A stretch of 64,000 nucleotides of DNA from an uncultured Gemmatimonadales bacterium (GCA_963798915.1 CAWCVB010000001.1:1-64000); one strand, 5' to 3'. Shown: positions 20,801 to 31,980, numbered from the stretch's first letter. The notes: a model not told the origin generated them from the sequence alone. Made by a program: numbers and translations.

Positions 20801-21309
20801 TGAGTCACCAACTCCTGATGGAGATCCTGCGCCTCTTTCACATTGTGGCCGGCGCGCTCTGGGTGGGTGCCGTGGTCATGATGGCGTTCTTCATCGGTCC
20901 TACCGCGCGCGCGCTGGGACCAGCCAGCGGCGCCATGATGAATCAGCTCACCCGGAAGCTGCCAGGCTACATGGGTGCCATCGCCGGCATCACGGTCCTC
21001 GCGGGATTGAGCCTCATGTTCGTGGATGCCCGAGGCGGGACCTGGACGGAGACCAGCATGGGCAGGACCTTCAGTCTCGGCGGCGGCGTGGCGCTCATCG
21101 CATTTATCTGGGGCATCGCCTTCACATCTCGCACGGCCCGCCGCCTGAGTGCCCGCGCCAGCGCGCTCGCTGCCGCCGGGCACCCGCCAACGCCCGAGGA
21201 ACAGGCAGAACTCCAGCAAGGCTTCGCGCGGCTGGGACTTCATACCCGGATCGTCGCCATCCTGCTTCTCATCGCCGTCGCACTGATGGCCTTGGCACGG
21301 TATGCATGA
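20800..21309 (+). CDS. Four-TM membrane protein
   Basis: LRLFHIVAGALWVG; TAATG overlap with upstream gene. Confidence 0.7.
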   Translation: MSHQLLMEILRLFHIVAGALWVGAVVMMAFFIGPTARALGPASGAMMNQLTRKLPGYMGAIAGITVLAGLSLMFVDARGGTWTETSMGRTFSLGGGVALIAFIWGIAFTSRTARRLSARASALAAAGHPPTPEEQAELQQGFARLGLHTRIVAILLLIAVALMALARYA

Positions 21310-21310
21310 G

Positions 21311-21413
21311 GGAGTAGGGATCAGGGGTTAGGGTTGAGGGGTGAGGGGTTAGGGCTGAAGCGAGCACCATGGAGCCTCTATCCCCAATCCCCAATACCCA
21401 ATCCCTAATCCCC
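21311..21413. repeat. Heptamer inverted-repeat element between convergent genes
   Basis: G-rich units (GGGGTTA/GGGTTGA/GGGGTGA) followed by C-rich units (CCCCAAT/CCCTAAT). Confidence 0.65.
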
Positions 21414-21656
21414 AGCTCCCGCACCCACGTGATCAACCACTTCCGTCACCCCCATCTCACGGGCGCAGTGGGCACAACAGAAGAATGTTCCCCTGGCCTC
21501 GATGCCGTGGCCGGCGATCTTGCAGCCACAATGGGCGCAGACCGGGGCGAGTTTGTGAATGGCACATTCGAAACTGTCAAAGACATGCTTCTGATCAGCG
21601 GCTATGACTTCAAACGACAGGTAGTAGTCATTCCCGCAGACTTCACATCGAGCCAT
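21405..21656 (-). CDS. Cys-rich metallothionein-like small protein
   Basis: MARCEVCGNDY..FDSFECAIH..CAHCGC..CCAHC; GGAGGG RBS. Confidence 0.8.
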   Translation of the reverse strand: MARCEVCGNDYYLSFEVIAADQKHVFDSFECAIHKLAPVCAHCGCKIAGHGIEARGTFFCCAHCAREMGVTEVVDHVGAGAGD

Positions 21657-21750
21657 CAGGCCCTCCTTGCATGGGCAGCCACATGCTGCCATTCCAATAC
21701 TGCCCCACCTCCCGGCCTGGCGCCACCCTGGTCTCCCGGCGGAGTGTCGC

Positions 21751-22662
21751 ATGACTGAACCGGGGCGGCAGAAACCCGGGCGTGGGCCGGTCATCACGCT
21801 CACCACCCTGACACTTCTCGCGTTCGCGGCCAATTCCCTGCTCTGTCGCGCCGCCTTGCGGACCTCGCTGGCCGACCCGGCCACGTTCACCCTCGTCCGG
21901 ATCGCCAGCGGTGCTGCGGTGCTCGTCATGCTGCTGGCGATGCAGCGTCGCGCCGGCGAGGGTCGGAGGTTGAGTGGAGGCTCCTGGCTCTCCGCCACGG
22001 CGCTGGCCGCCTATGCGGCCTTCTTTTCCTTTGCGTATGTGCGGATCGGCGCCGGCGTCGGTGCGCTGATCCTGTTCGGCGCGGTCCAGGTCACCATGAT
22101 CGGCTGGAGCATGGCCCGGTCCGATTTTCCGACGACGGCGGAATTCGCCGGGCTGGTCGTGGCCATCGCGGGCCTCGCCTGGCTGACGCTGCCGCATGCG
22201 GCGGCGCCCGATCCGTTCGGCGCGATGCTGATGGGTGTCGCCGGCGCGGCGTGGGGGGTCTACAGTCTGCGGGGGCGAAAGACCTCTGCACCGGTGCGGG
22301 CCACCGCCTCCAACTTTGCACTGGCGGTGCCGCTCGTTTCGCTGCCGCTGCTGGCGCAGTCGGCATCGCTGCACCTGACGGGAACGGGGCTGCTGCTCGC
22401 CATTACATCGGGAGCCATCACCTCCGGTCTGGGCTATGTGCTCTGGTATACCGTGCTTCCCTCACTGGGAGCCACCCGGGCCGCCATACTGCAGCTACTG
22501 GTTCCGGTGATCGCCGTGGCCGGCAGCATTGTCATCCTGGGGGAGCCACTTACCAGGCACCTGGTCGCTTCGGGAACGGTCATTCTGCTGGGGGTATTGC
22601 TCGCCGTGGCGGGACGCCGGACACCGGCGCTCCCGGCCCGCCCGGCGTTCCCGCAAGATTGA
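21751..22662 (+). CDS. DMT/EamA family transporter
   Basis: AFAANSLLCRAAL, GVGALILFGAVQ, GLGYVLWY; about ten TM segments. Confidence 0.88.
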   Translation: MTEPGRQKPGRGPVITLTTLTLLAFAANSLLCRAALRTSLADPATFTLVRIASGAAVLVMLLAMQRRAGEGRRLSGGSWLSATALAAYAAFFSFAYVRIGAGVGALILFGAVQVTMIGWSMARSDFPTTAEFAGLVVAIAGLAWLTLPHAAAPDPFGAMLMGVAGAAWGVYSLRGRKTSAPVRATASNFALAVPLVSLPLLAQSASLHLTGTGLLLAITSGAITSGLGYVLWYTVLPSLGATRAAILQLLVPVIAVAGSIVILGEPLTRHLVASGTVILLGVLLAVAGRRTPALPARPAFPQD

Positions 22663-22728
22663 CAGCGCGGTGCATCCTGCGCAGCGTTAGGACTCACCCG
22701 AAAAACCTGTTCGTCATAAGGAGGAATC

Positions 22729-23589
22729 ATGGACCGTTGGCATGCCGCCGCCCGCGTGGCGGGGCTGGGCTTGCTTCTGGCCGGCACCGCCTGCCAGGAA
22801 CGGCCAGCCAAGGTTGCGGACAGCGCTCCCGCTCCGGCCGGCCCGCAGCAAATCATGGTACAGACTCGCGATTTCGCCTTCACCGCACCGGATACGGTGC
22901 GGGCCGGTATGAGCACGATCCACCTGGCAAACAACGGCCCGGGCCTTCACCACGCCATGCTCTTCCGGCTGGACAGTGGCAAGACCATGGCCGACGTCGG
23001 GGCGGCCTTGAAGGCGGGTGGCAGGATGCCGGCGTGGTTCGTGCCCGCGGGTGGCGCCAATGCCATCGCCCCCGGTGACTCCACCGCGGTGACGCAGGAG
23101 CTCTCGGCGGGCAACTACCTCTGGACCTGCTTTGTTGATGTACCCAACCACGTTCCCCACATCACCAAAGGCATGATGCGGCCGATGACCGTGTTGCCGG
23201 CGTCGGCTGGCACCGTGAGCGCACCAGAGGCGGACATCCATGTGACGCTGCGTGACTACGCATTCGAGTTTTCCACGCCGCTCACGGCCGGGCATCACAC
23301 GCTCAAGGTGGAGGCGGCGCCGGGCCAGCCGCACGAGATGGTGCTGATCAAGCTCGCACCGGGCAAGACGGCAGACGATCTCATGAAGTATTTTGACGAT
23401 CCGGCCCCGCAGGGCCCACCCCCGGGCGTTCCGGTCGGCGGCGTGGGGGACATCACGAGCGGCCACCCGGTCTACTTTTCCGCCGACTTCACGCCCGGCG
23501 ATTACCTGGTAATCTGCTTCATGCCGGATGCCACCGATGGCAAGCCCCACTTCATGCATGGCATGATGCAGAAGCTGACCGTGAGCTGA
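22729..23589 (+). CDS. Lipoprotein with two cupredoxin-like domains
   Basis: AGTAC lipobox; C-x9-H-x4-M and C-x10-H-x4-M, each with an upstream His; AGGAGG RBS. Confidence 0.7.
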   Translation: MDRWHAAARVAGLGLLLAGTACQERPAKVADSAPAPAGPQQIMVQTRDFAFTAPDTVRAGMSTIHLANNGPGLHHAMLFRLDSGKTMADVGAALKAGGRMPAWFVPAGGANAIAPGDSTAVTQELSAGNYLWTCFVDVPNHVPHITKGMMRPMTVLPASAGTVSAPEADIHVTLRDYAFEFSTPLTAGHHTLKVEAAPGQPHEMVLIKLAPGKTADDLMKYFDDPAPQGPPPGVPVGGVGDITSGHPVYFSADFTPGDYLVICFMPDATDGKPHFMHGMMQKLTVS

Positions 23590-23683
23590 GGCAACATTCG
23601 TCGGTCATCGGTCGTCAGCTGCCGGGTGATTATCCTTCAGTTGGCGACCGACTACGCGATGACCATTCCACCCAGAGGCTCCA

Positions 23684-24145
23684 TTGGCCAAGACCGCAAT
23701 AATCGAAACCGACAAGGGCACCATTACCGCCGAGATGTTCGAGGCTGAAACCCCGGGCACGGTGGCAAACTTTGAGAAACTCGCCAATGACGGCTTTTAC
23801 GACGGCACGCGATTTCACCGCGTGATCGACGACTTCATGATTCAAGGCGGCGATCCGCTCTCGCGCGATGCATCCAATCCACGCGTTGGCAGCGGCGGTC
23901 CCGGTTACACCATCAAGTGCGAGACGGACCGGAACACCCACAAGCACGTCGCGGGAACGCTCTCGATGGCGCATGCCGGCCGGGATACTGGAGGCAGTCA
24001 GTTCTTCATCTGTCATTCGCCGCAGCCACACCTGGACCGCAAGCACACCGTCTTCGGCCAGGTGACCGGCGGCATGGACGTGGTGAACGCCATCCGCAAG
24101 AACGACGTCATCAATTCCATCCGGGTTGCGCCAGCTGAAAGTTGA
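23684..24145 (+). CDS. Cyclophilin-type peptidyl-prolyl isomerase
   Basis: [48 protein letters not shown]. Confidence 0.93.
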   Translation: MAKTAIIETDKGTITAEMFEAETPGTVANFEKLANDGFYDGTRFHRVIDDFMIQGGDPLSRDASNPRVGSGGPGYTIKCETDRNTHKHVAGTLSMAHAGRDTGGSQFFICHSPQPHLDRKHTVFGQVTGGMDVVNAIRKNDVINSIRVAPAES

Positions 24146-24554
24146 TTTTGCGGTCATCGCGGACTACGCCCTGATTGACCAGCACGGCAAGCTCAGTGTG
24201 CTGGGCATGTTTCAGCATGTGTGGGTGCAGCAGTTCCCGACCGTTCATCCGCGCACGCACCTGGTCCTGCGGGTCCGGGGCCGCCGGACGGAAATCGGTG
24301 TGCACACGTTGCAGATCCGCTTTCTGGACGAGGATGCGAATGTCCTGGTGGGCGGCGAGGGTACCGTCCAGTTTGGCGAGCCGCCGGCGGGCGTCGTGGA
24401 TGTCGAGGCCGGCGCGGTGCTGGTGTTTGACCTTCCACTGAACCGCCCCGGCCACTATCGATTTGAGATCACGCTCGACGGCACTGGCGTGACGCAGGTG
24501 CCGCTGACCGCCAGTCAGGCCCAGGGCTATGGCGAAAGCGACGCCCCTGACTAG
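24126..24554 (+). CDS. Conserved hypothetical protein (DUF6941-like)
   Basis: [29 protein letters not shown]; start uncertain. Confidence 0.65.
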   Translation: MRQLKVDFAVIADYALIDQHGKLSVLGMFQHVWVQQFPTVHPRTHLVLRVRGRRTEIGVHTLQIRFLDEDANVLVGGEGTVQFGEPPAGVVDVEAGAVLVFDLPLNRPGHYRFEITLDGTGVTQVPLTASQAQGYGESDAPD

Positions 24555-24634
24555 CTTCCTCCATGGGGCGCGGCGCGACCGTCCGATGTGGCGAACGGCG
24601 TGGGTGAACACGGGCTCCTCGTGGGGTGGTCACC

Positions 24635-26020
24635 ATGCAGCGTTTCAGGTTGTTGGCCGCAAGCCTCGCCCTCCTGGCGGGAATCACGCTCACTGTCCGC
24701 TCCGTGTCCGCGCAGGGCTACGGCGTGTACGAGCAGGGCACGTGCGTGATGGGGCGGGCCGGTACCGGCGTCGCCAGCCCATGCAGCGACGGATCGAGCA
24801 TCTTCTTCAATCCCGCCGGCATTGCTGCAGCCACATCGACGGAAGTGGCGGCAGGGGGTACCGGGATTTTCGTCAGTGGTGACTTTACCAACGACATCAC
24901 CGGCTTCCGCACCAGCCTCAACGACGCCCTCCATCTTGTCCCGCACGCTTACGTCGTTCGGCCCATCGCCGACCGTCTTGTCGCCGGCCTCGGAGTGTTT
25001 GCTCCTTATGGGTTGGCCACCGAATGGCCCGCCACCTTTGAAGGACGCTTCCTCGGCTATCACAGCAAGGTGCAGGCGATCTACGTGCAGCCCACCCTGG
25101 CAGCGAGCATAACACCGCGGGTGCGGGTGGGCGCGGGCTTTGACCTGTCGTTCGTGCGCGTGCAGCTGGCCCAGCGGCTGGACCTCTCACAGCAGGCGAC
25201 TACGACGCCAGGAATCACCTTCGGCATGCTCGGCGTGCCCGCCGGGACCGACTTTGCCGACGTCGACCTGACTGGCAGCGGCACCGGCATCGGCGCGCAT
25301 TTTGGCTTGCAGGCAGATCTGACGCCCGACGTGACCTTCGGCGCGCGCTACTTGCTTCGCCAGACGGTGAATTTCGACGGTGGCACGGCCGCCATCACCC
25401 AGGTCCCGACCGGGCTCATCCTCGCCGCCGGGAATCCGTTCGAAGCGCCGGCCGGTACACCCATGGATGCAGTACTCGCCCCGCAGTTCACCAGTTCAGG
25501 GCCCCTGCACGACCAGACGGGCGGCACGGCCCTGACCTTGCCGGCACAGCTCGTCGTCGGTGTAGCGTGGCGCGGGGTAAACCGCCTCAACCTGCTCGCC
25601 GATTTCCAGTACACTGACTGGCGGGTCTTTGACACCCTCTCCGTGACCCTCGAGGCCCTCGGCACCACCGACATCCCGGAGAATTATCAACGCGCGTACA
25701 CTTGGCGCTTCGGTGCTGAGTTCGCCCTGCGCCCGGCCACGACGCTGCGCGCGGGGTTCTATACCCACAACGGCGCCGCGCCCGACCAGACGGTCACGCC
25801 CAACCTGCCCGAAGGCCATCGGAATTCCTGGACAGTCGGAGTCGGCACGCGGCTGGCCGGCAACGTCGCCGTGGATCTCGCCTATCAGTACATCGACCAG
25901 GGGGATCGCCGGGGCCGAACCGTGCCGTTCGATCCCGCCCTGTCGCCGGCGGACAATACCAACGGCCTGTACACCTTCCGCGCGCACCTGGTCGGAGCCA
26001 CACTGCGCTACGTGTTCTGA
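24635..26020 (+). CDS. OmpP1/FadL/TodX outer-membrane transporter
   Basis: Signal peptide; GYGVYEQG..MGRAG..FFNPAG; APYGLATEW; terminal Y-V-F. Confidence 0.88.
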   Translation: MQRFRLLAASLALLAGITLTVRSVSAQGYGVYEQGTCVMGRAGTGVASPCSDGSSIFFNPAGIAAATSTEVAAGGTGIFVSGDFTNDITGFRTSLNDALHLVPHAYVVRPIADRLVAGLGVFAPYGLATEWPATFEGRFLGYHSKVQAIYVQPTLAASITPRVRVGAGFDLSFVRVQLAQRLDLSQQATTTPGITFGMLGVPAGTDFADVDLTGSGTGIGAHFGLQADLTPDVTFGARYLLRQTVNFDGGTAAITQVPTGLILAAGNPFEAPAGTPMDAVLAPQFTSSGPLHDQTGGTALTLPAQLVVGVAWRGVNRLNLLADFQYTDWRVFDTLSVTLEALGTTDIPENYQRAYTWRFGAEFALRPATTLRAGFYTHNGAAPDQTVTPNLPEGHRNSWTVGVGTRLAGNVAVDLAYQYIDQGDRRGRTVPFDPALSPADNTNGLYTFRAHLVGATLRYVF

Positions 26021-26035
26021 CCCGGGAGAACCGCC

Positions 26036-27274
26036 ATGATCTCTCGTCCTGTGATTGCCGCCGTCGCATTCGTCATCATGCTCGCCGGTTGCCGAGCGGA
26101 CCAGCTCGTCGAGCCGCCAGCCTCGGCCGGCACGAACGCGGGGTTGTTCCGGCGTTATGTCTCGCTGGGCAACAGCATTGCCGCCGGGTTCCAGTCGGGC
26201 GGCATCAATGACAGCACCCAGCGAGCGTCGTTCGCCGTGCTGTTTGCGCAGCAGGCCGGGACTCCGTTCACCTATCCGTCACTGGCCGGTCGCGGCTGTC
26301 CCGCACCGCTGGTCAACAACGTGACCCAGGAGCGGGTGGGCAGCCAGCCGGATGACCAGCCATGCGACCTCCGGCAACTGCCTCTGCCACTCTATCTCAA
26401 CAACCTGGCCGTTCCGGGCCTGAATGTGGCCGACGCATTCAGCAATACCGCATCCGGCCTGGGCACCTACTCCAGACTCACGCAGTTCTTCCTCGGCGGG
26501 CGCACCCAGATCGAGTGGCTCATGGCCGAACAGCCGACCTTTGTCTCGGTCGAGATCGGACCCAATGATGTCCTCGGGGCAATCATCTCTGGCAGCAATC
26601 CCGGCGATCCCACCTTGGTTACGCCGCCAACCGCGTTCGAGGCGGCCTACCGGCAGCTGGCCGACAGCATTGTTGCCACGGGAGCCGAGGCGGTCCTCTT
26701 TACCATTCCTGATGTCACCCTCGTCCCATACGTCTCCAGCGGCAGCACGTATTGGTGCATCCGCAACCAGCCGGCCTGCGGGTTTACCGCCCCGGACTTT
26801 CCGCCCGGGTTTACGGTGAGCAACAACTGCGCGCCGGAAGCGGCCATTCCGGGTTCGCCCGGCGACGAGACCCTGGTTCCATGGACGGTCGGCCTGGCGA
26901 AGATCGCGGCCGCGGCGGCCGGCGCTCCGGCAACGCTGGACTGCTCGGTGGATGCCGAGGTGGTGCTGCCCAGCGAGCTCGCGGTCATTCGCGATGCCGT
27001 GCAGGCGGACAACGCCGCCATCCAGGCGGTGGCTGACGAGCATGATTGGGCAATCTTTGATATCAACCTTCCATTTGCGGCTCTTCGGGCGGATGGCAGC
27101 ATCCCCGACTTCCCGGACATCAGCCAGGCGCTGTCGGGCGGTAACGTCACATTCGGCCCCATTTTCTCGCTGGACGGGTTCCATCCATCCAGCCTCGCCC
27201 AGGCGCTGATCGCCAATGACGTCATCGCTGTGGTGAACGCGAAGTACGGGACAGCGCTGCCGGCGGTGGAATAG
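26036..27274 (+). CDS. SGNH/GDSL hydrolase lipoprotein
   Basis: LAGC lipobox; YVSLGNSIAAG, NLAVPG, IGPND, FSLDGFHP. Confidence 0.85.
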   Translation: MISRPVIAAVAFVIMLAGCRADQLVEPPASAGTNAGLFRRYVSLGNSIAAGFQSGGINDSTQRASFAVLFAQQAGTPFTYPSLAGRGCPAPLVNNVTQERVGSQPDDQPCDLRQLPLPLYLNNLAVPGLNVADAFSNTASGLGTYSRLTQFFLGGRTQIEWLMAEQPTFVSVEIGPNDVLGAIISGSNPGDPTLVTPPTAFEAAYRQLADSIVATGAEAVLFTIPDVTLVPYVSSGSTYWCIRNQPACGFTAPDFPPGFTVSNNCAPEAAIPGSPGDETLVPWTVGLAKIAAAAAGAPATLDCSVDAEVVLPSELAVIRDAVQADNAAIQAVADEHDWAIFDINLPFAALRADGSIPDFPDISQALSGGNVTFGPIFSLDGFHPSSLAQALIANDVIAVVNAKYGTALPAVE

Positions 27275-27383
27275 GGGATAGGGGATGGGGAGCAGGGGTT
27301 GAGCGCGCAGCGCTCAGCTCACGGGCGTAGCTCACCCGGCATCGCCCTAACCCTTGGGCCCTATCCTCTAATACCTTACCTGC

Positions 27384-27965
27384 ATGACCATGACTCGAGA
27401 TGATGCGCTCGCCCTGATGCACGAATACACTGCATCCGAGCCGCTCCGCCGCCACATGTACGCCGTCGAGATCGCCATGCGAGCGATGGCGCCCCGCTAC
27501 GGCGGCGACCCTGACCGCTGGGGCCTCGTCGGCCTGCTTCACGATTTTGACTACGAGCGCTTCCCCAATGATGCGCACTCCCCCGTCAGCGAACATCCCG
27601 CTGAGGGGGTACGCCTGTTGCGTCAGCGTGGCCTGGACGACGAGATGTGCCAGGCCATCCTGGGCCATGCCAGCTATACCGGTGTCGCCCGCGAGAGCGA
27701 CATGGCACGGGCGCTGTTCGCCGTGGACGAACTGGCCGGTTTCCTGGTCGCATGCGCGCTGGTGCGGCCCTCACGCAGCCTGGCCGACCTTCAGGTGTCC
27801 AGTGTCAAGAAGAAGCTCAAGGACAAGGGCTTCGCGCGCGGGGTCAACCGGGACGACGTGCGCCAGGGCGCCGAGGAGCTTGGGGTCCCGATGGACGAGC
27901 ACATCGCCTTCGTGATCGACGCGCTTCGCCCCCACGAGGCACAACTGGGGCTCGGCCCCTCGTGA
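27384..27965 (+). CDS. HD-domain phosphohydrolase
   Basis: RHMYAVE, GLLHDFDYE, AILGH, AVDELAGF, KKKLKDKGFARGV. Confidence 0.88.
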   Translation: MTMTRDDALALMHEYTASEPLRRHMYAVEIAMRAMAPRYGGDPDRWGLVGLLHDFDYERFPNDAHSPVSEHPAEGVRLLRQRGLDDEMCQAILGHASYTGVARESDMARALFAVDELAGFLVACALVRPSRSLADLQVSSVKKKLKDKGFARGVNRDDVRQGAEELGVPMDEHIAFVIDALRPHEAQLGLGPS

Positions 27966-29362
27966 GCCTGGCCCGGATCAGCGCGCAGACCCGGGCAGTG
28001 GAGACCGCAGTGACGCGCGCATCGGGCGGCCGGCCGGTGCCGGGCAACTCGGTGGACTTGCTGGTGGATGGCCCGTCCGCCTACGCGGCCATGCGGGAGG
28101 TCATCGCCGCCGCCACGCGCTGGATTCATTTCGAGAACTACATCATTCGCAGCGACGACGAGGGATGGGCCTTCGCACGACAGCTGGCAGCGAAGGCCCG
28201 CGACGGCGTTCGGGTCCGGGTCATGTACGACTGGGTGGGGTCACTGGGGACGCGGCGGTCCTATTGGCGCTTTCTGCGTGACGCTGGCGTGGAAGTCCGC
28301 GGCTTTGGTCCGCCCAAGCTGTTCCATCCGCTCGGCATCTTTTCCCGGGACCACCGGAAGCTCGTGCTGGCCGACGGGCGTGACGCAGTGATTGGCGGTC
28401 TGTGCATCGGGTGCGAATGGACGGGGACCGGCCGCGGGTGCAGCGGGCGGCCATGGCGTGACACCGCGGTTCGCATCTCCGGGCCGGCGGTTCCGCTCCT
28501 CGATGCCGCCTTTCGACACAGCTGGGCGGCGGCGGGTGGTCGTGTCGCGGACGACGAATCGGCTGGCGACGTAGCCGCCTCCGGTGACGCCGTTGTGCGG
28601 GTGGTCGTGGGGAAGCCGGGCCGCGAGCGCGCCTATCGCCTGATCGAGCTGCTGGCGACGGGTGTACGGGAGCGGTTCTGGGTCACCGACGCGTACTTCC
28701 TCGCTCCGCAGCGGCTGTTGCAGGCCTTCCGGGACGCAGCACTCGATGGGGTCGATGTGCGGATCCTGGTGCCGGGCTCCAGTGATATTCCCCTGGTCCG
28801 CAACCTGACCCGGATCGGCTATCGCGACCTGTTGCGGGCCGGGGTGCGGATGTTCGAATGGGACGGGCCCATGCTGCATGCCAAGACGATCGTGGCCGAT
28901 GGCCGCTGGATCCGGATCGGCTCCAGCAACCTCAATCCCGCGAGTCTCATCGGGAACTACGAGCTGGACGTGCTCATCGAGGAGCCACAGCTCGCTGAAG
29001 CCCTGGAGCAGCAGTTCCGCATGGATACCGCGCGCTCGAGCGAGATCCTGCGGCGGCCCGTCCGGGCACCGCACCGGATCAGCCAACGGCTTCCTGCTGT
29101 CCTGTCGCGCGAGGCGCCCACCGAGGCGTCCTCCTACCGCCTGACCAGGCGCGAGCGACGCCATCGTGCCACCATCGCATTGCGCCTCATGGCGTCGCAC
29201 GCCCGGCGGTCCATCTTCGTGCCCGCCATGGTCGCGCTGGCCCTGCTGGCAGCCTTCTTCATATTTGCCCCCCGCGTGACGGCCTACGTGTTCGGCGTCG
29301 TTTGCCTCTGGCTGGCGATCAGCGCTGGGTTGGCCGCCTTCCAGCGGCGCGCCGACCGATAG
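27962..29362 (+). CDS. Cardiolipin synthase / phospholipase D family
   Basis: Two HKD motifs (HRKLVLAD, HAKTIVAD), WRDT, GSSNL; GTG start overlapping upstream stop. Confidence 0.88.
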   Translation: MSLARISAQTRAVETAVTRASGGRPVPGNSVDLLVDGPSAYAAMREVIAAATRWIHFENYIIRSDDEGWAFARQLAAKARDGVRVRVMYDWVGSLGTRRSYWRFLRDAGVEVRGFGPPKLFHPLGIFSRDHRKLVLADGRDAVIGGLCIGCEWTGTGRGCSGRPWRDTAVRISGPAVPLLDAAFRHSWAAAGGRVADDESAGDVAASGDAVVRVVVGKPGRERAYRLIELLATGVRERFWVTDAYFLAPQRLLQAFRDAALDGVDVRILVPGSSDIPLVRNLTRIGYRDLLRAGVRMFEWDGPMLHAKTIVADGRWIRIGSSNLNPASLIGNYELDVLIEEPQLAEALEQQFRMDTARSSEILRRPVRAPHRISQRLPAVLSREAPTEASSYRLTRRERRHRATIALRLMASHARRSIFVPAMVALALLAAFFIFAPRVTAYVFGVVCLWLAISAGLAAFQRRADR

Positions 29363-29413
29363 GCCCCCCTCCGGGTATTCCAACATCCCCCGGACTCCGT
29401 GCGTATCCCCCTT

Positions 29414-29956
29414 GTGACCGACGCCGAACTAGCCGCCCGGGCGGCCGAGGGCGACGGAGACGCGTTTGGCCGGCTGGTCGAGCAGTATGCGCCGGCCGCG
29501 CGCCGAGTCGCCCGGGCCCTGCTCGGTAATGACCATGACGCTGACGACGCGGCCCAGGACGGGTTTCTCGCGGCGTGGCGCGCCATCGGGCGCTTTGATG
29601 CGACGCGTCCGTTCCGTCCCTGGCTCATGCGCATCGTGCTGAACGCCGCGCGCGACCTCGGACGGCGCCGGGTGGTACGCGAGACCGAGCCACTGTCGCC
29701 GGTGGCAGCCGACCAGCACCTCGGCCCCGACCACGACACCGACCGCGGGCTGCTCCGGGAACGGCTCGCCACCGCGCTGGACCGGCTCACGGAACGGCAG
29801 CGGGTGGCCATCACCATGTTCGACGCAGAAGGATATGCACATGCGGAAATCGCGGACGTACTGGGCGTGCCGGAAGGCACCGTGCGGTCCGACGTGTTCC
29901 ACGCGCGACGGGCGCTTCGGGCGGACCTCGCGTCGTTCCTGGAGGTGGGGCAATGA
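29414..29956 (+). CDS. ECF sigma factor
   Basis: DADDAAQDGF, PWLMRIVLN, GVPEGTVRS; start 29414 or 29399; AAC-N17-CGTA directly upstream (29382-29405). Confidence 0.88.
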   Translation: MTDAELAARAAEGDGDAFGRLVEQYAPAARRVARALLGNDHDADDAAQDGFLAAWRAIGRFDATRPFRPWLMRIVLNAARDLGRRRVVRETEPLSPVAADQHLGPDHDTDRGLLRERLATALDRLTERQRVAITMFDAEGYAHAEIADVLGVPEGTVRSDVFHARRALRADLASFLEVGQ

Positions 29957-30303
29957 CTAATCCATTTGATCATGCGCGGGACGAGGAGCTGGGCCGGCTC
30001 CTTCGCGATGGGCTGCATCCGTCGGCACATGACGGGTTCGTGCAGCGCACGCTGGCACTGCTCGCGGCCGAACCGCGTGGATCGAGCTGGGACGTGCTGA
30101 ACACGTGGCTCCGACCCGGTCTGGTCGCGGCGGCCGTACTGGCACTGATGCTGTCCATGTGGTTGCGGCTGGCGCCGACCCAGGCCGGGGAGGCATCCCT
30201 CGCCGATGCCATGCGATCGGTGGGCATGCCCAGCGCGCTGGTCTCGTCGTCGCAGGCGGCCAGCACCGACAATCTTCTCGCCGCCGTGGTGGAGGGTCGC
30301 TAG
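29953..30303 (+). CDS. Single-TM probable anti-sigma factor
   Basis: ATGA overlap with ECF gene; one TM segment. Confidence 0.65.
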   Translation: MTNPFDHARDEELGRLLRDGLHPSAHDGFVQRTLALLAAEPRGSSWDVLNTWLRPGLVAAAVLALMLSMWLRLAPTQAGEASLADAMRSVGMPSALVSSSQAASTDNLLAAVVEGR

Positions 30304-30687
30304 ATGGCTACTCCTCGCCGGAATGCGATGCTCCTGCTCGTGGCGGTCTTCCTGGCCGGCCTGGTGGTTGGCGTCGGCGGCCTGACGATCGCGCAACGAA
30401 GCGACATGCACTTCGCACGCTCCGCCAATCACCGTCCTGGATACCTGGAGTTCCTCAGCCACGAGCTGTCGCTGACTCCGGCGCAGCGGGACAGTGTCCG
30501 CAGCATCCTGGAGCGACATCGCCCCACGATGGACTCGATGCGCGCCGCCGTTGCGCCGCCCTTCGAAACTTTGCGAAAGCAGATCCGTTCGGAGATCCGG
30601 GCACAGCTCACCCCCGAACAGCAGCAGAAGTTCACCGACCTCGGTCGCCGGAACGACTCAACATCGAATGGCAGAGATGCGCACTAA
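30304..30687 (+). CDS. Spy/CpxP-like periplasmic protein
   Basis: N-terminal TM; LSLTPAQ and LTPEQ motifs. Confidence 0.7.
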   Translation: MATPRRNAMLLLVAVFLAGLVVGVGGLTIAQRSDMHFARSANHRPGYLEFLSHELSLTPAQRDSVRSILERHRPTMDSMRAAVAPPFETLRKQIRSEIRAQLTPEQQQKFTDLGRRNDSTSNGRDAH

Positions 30688-31980
30688 GATCCTGGCACTC
30701 ACGCTCCTGGCCGCGGCATCACCGCTCGCGGCGCAGGCCCCGGACAGCACCCGTCCCTCGGTTACGCTGGAGCAGGCCATTGTCCTGTCGCTGCGGACCC
30801 AGCCCGGCGTCGTTCAGGCCGAAGTCGCGGTGGACAATGCCGCGGCCCGGGTCCGCACTGCCAAGGGCGCCTGGCTGCCCAGTCTGGACCTGAGCGCCAG
30901 CGGCAACCAGAACTACTCCGGCGTTCCCTCGCGGGTAGATCCCAACACCGGCCTCGCGGTCGGCAGCGCAAGCGGAAGCGTGAACACCTCGCTCCGGTCG
31001 AGCCTGACGCTCTTTGATGGCTTCCAGCGCAGCGCCGATTCAAAATCGGCGCGCGCCGGTGAAAACGCCGCGGATGCCTCACTGGTGAACGCGCGCTACC
31101 AGCAGCGACTGACCACCACCAATCAGTTCCTCGACGCGCGGGCCGCCAGTGAGCTGGTTGGGGTGCGCAAGGCCAGCGTCGAGCGGGCCCAGGAACAGCT
31201 CAAGGTCTCCATCAACAAGCTCAGTGCCGGCTCAGCCACGCGCTCGGATTCACTCCGGTCCCGCGTGACGCTCGGTACGGCGCAGCTGCAGTTGATCCAG
31301 GCCGAGGCGCAGCTCGCGACGGCCGAGGCGGGGCTGGCCCGGTTGATCGGAGTGACCGGACGGGTGGCCGCCGCGGACGACTCGTCATTCTATCATGTCA
31401 TCACCGAGCCACTCGACACGACTGCGCTGCGCCGCGAAGCCGAGGCAACGTCTCCGCAAGTCCAGGCCGCCGAAGCCAGCGCCAGCGCCGCGCGCGCGGA
31501 TATCGCCAGTGCGCGCGCCGGCTACTGGCCAACGCTCTCGCTCTCCGGCAATGTCGGGCTCAGCGGCAGCAGCTCGCGGGATTACAGCTTCTACAACAAT
31601 CGCGGCGCCAGTCTGTCGCTCTCGTGGCCACTCTTCAACCGATTCCAGCGGGAGCAGAGCATCAATTCAGCGGAGAATTCGGCCCTGACAGCCGAGGCCC
31701 AGGCGGCTGACGCCGCGCGCCAGGTCTCGGCGAACCTGACGTCGCAGCTCGCCAACCTCGAGGCCTCCCGGACCCAGATCGAGATTACCCAGGTGAGCGT
31801 CACGGCCGCCGAGGAAGACCTCCGGGTCCAGCAGGAGCGCTACCGGCTGGGCGCCTCGACAATTGTGGACATTCTGACCTCGCAGGAAGCCCTCGACCAG
31901 GCGGAGGTTGATGCGGTGAACGCCCGCTTCAGCTACCTCCGCGCCAAGGCGCAAATTGAAGCGCTGATCGGACGGAGTCT

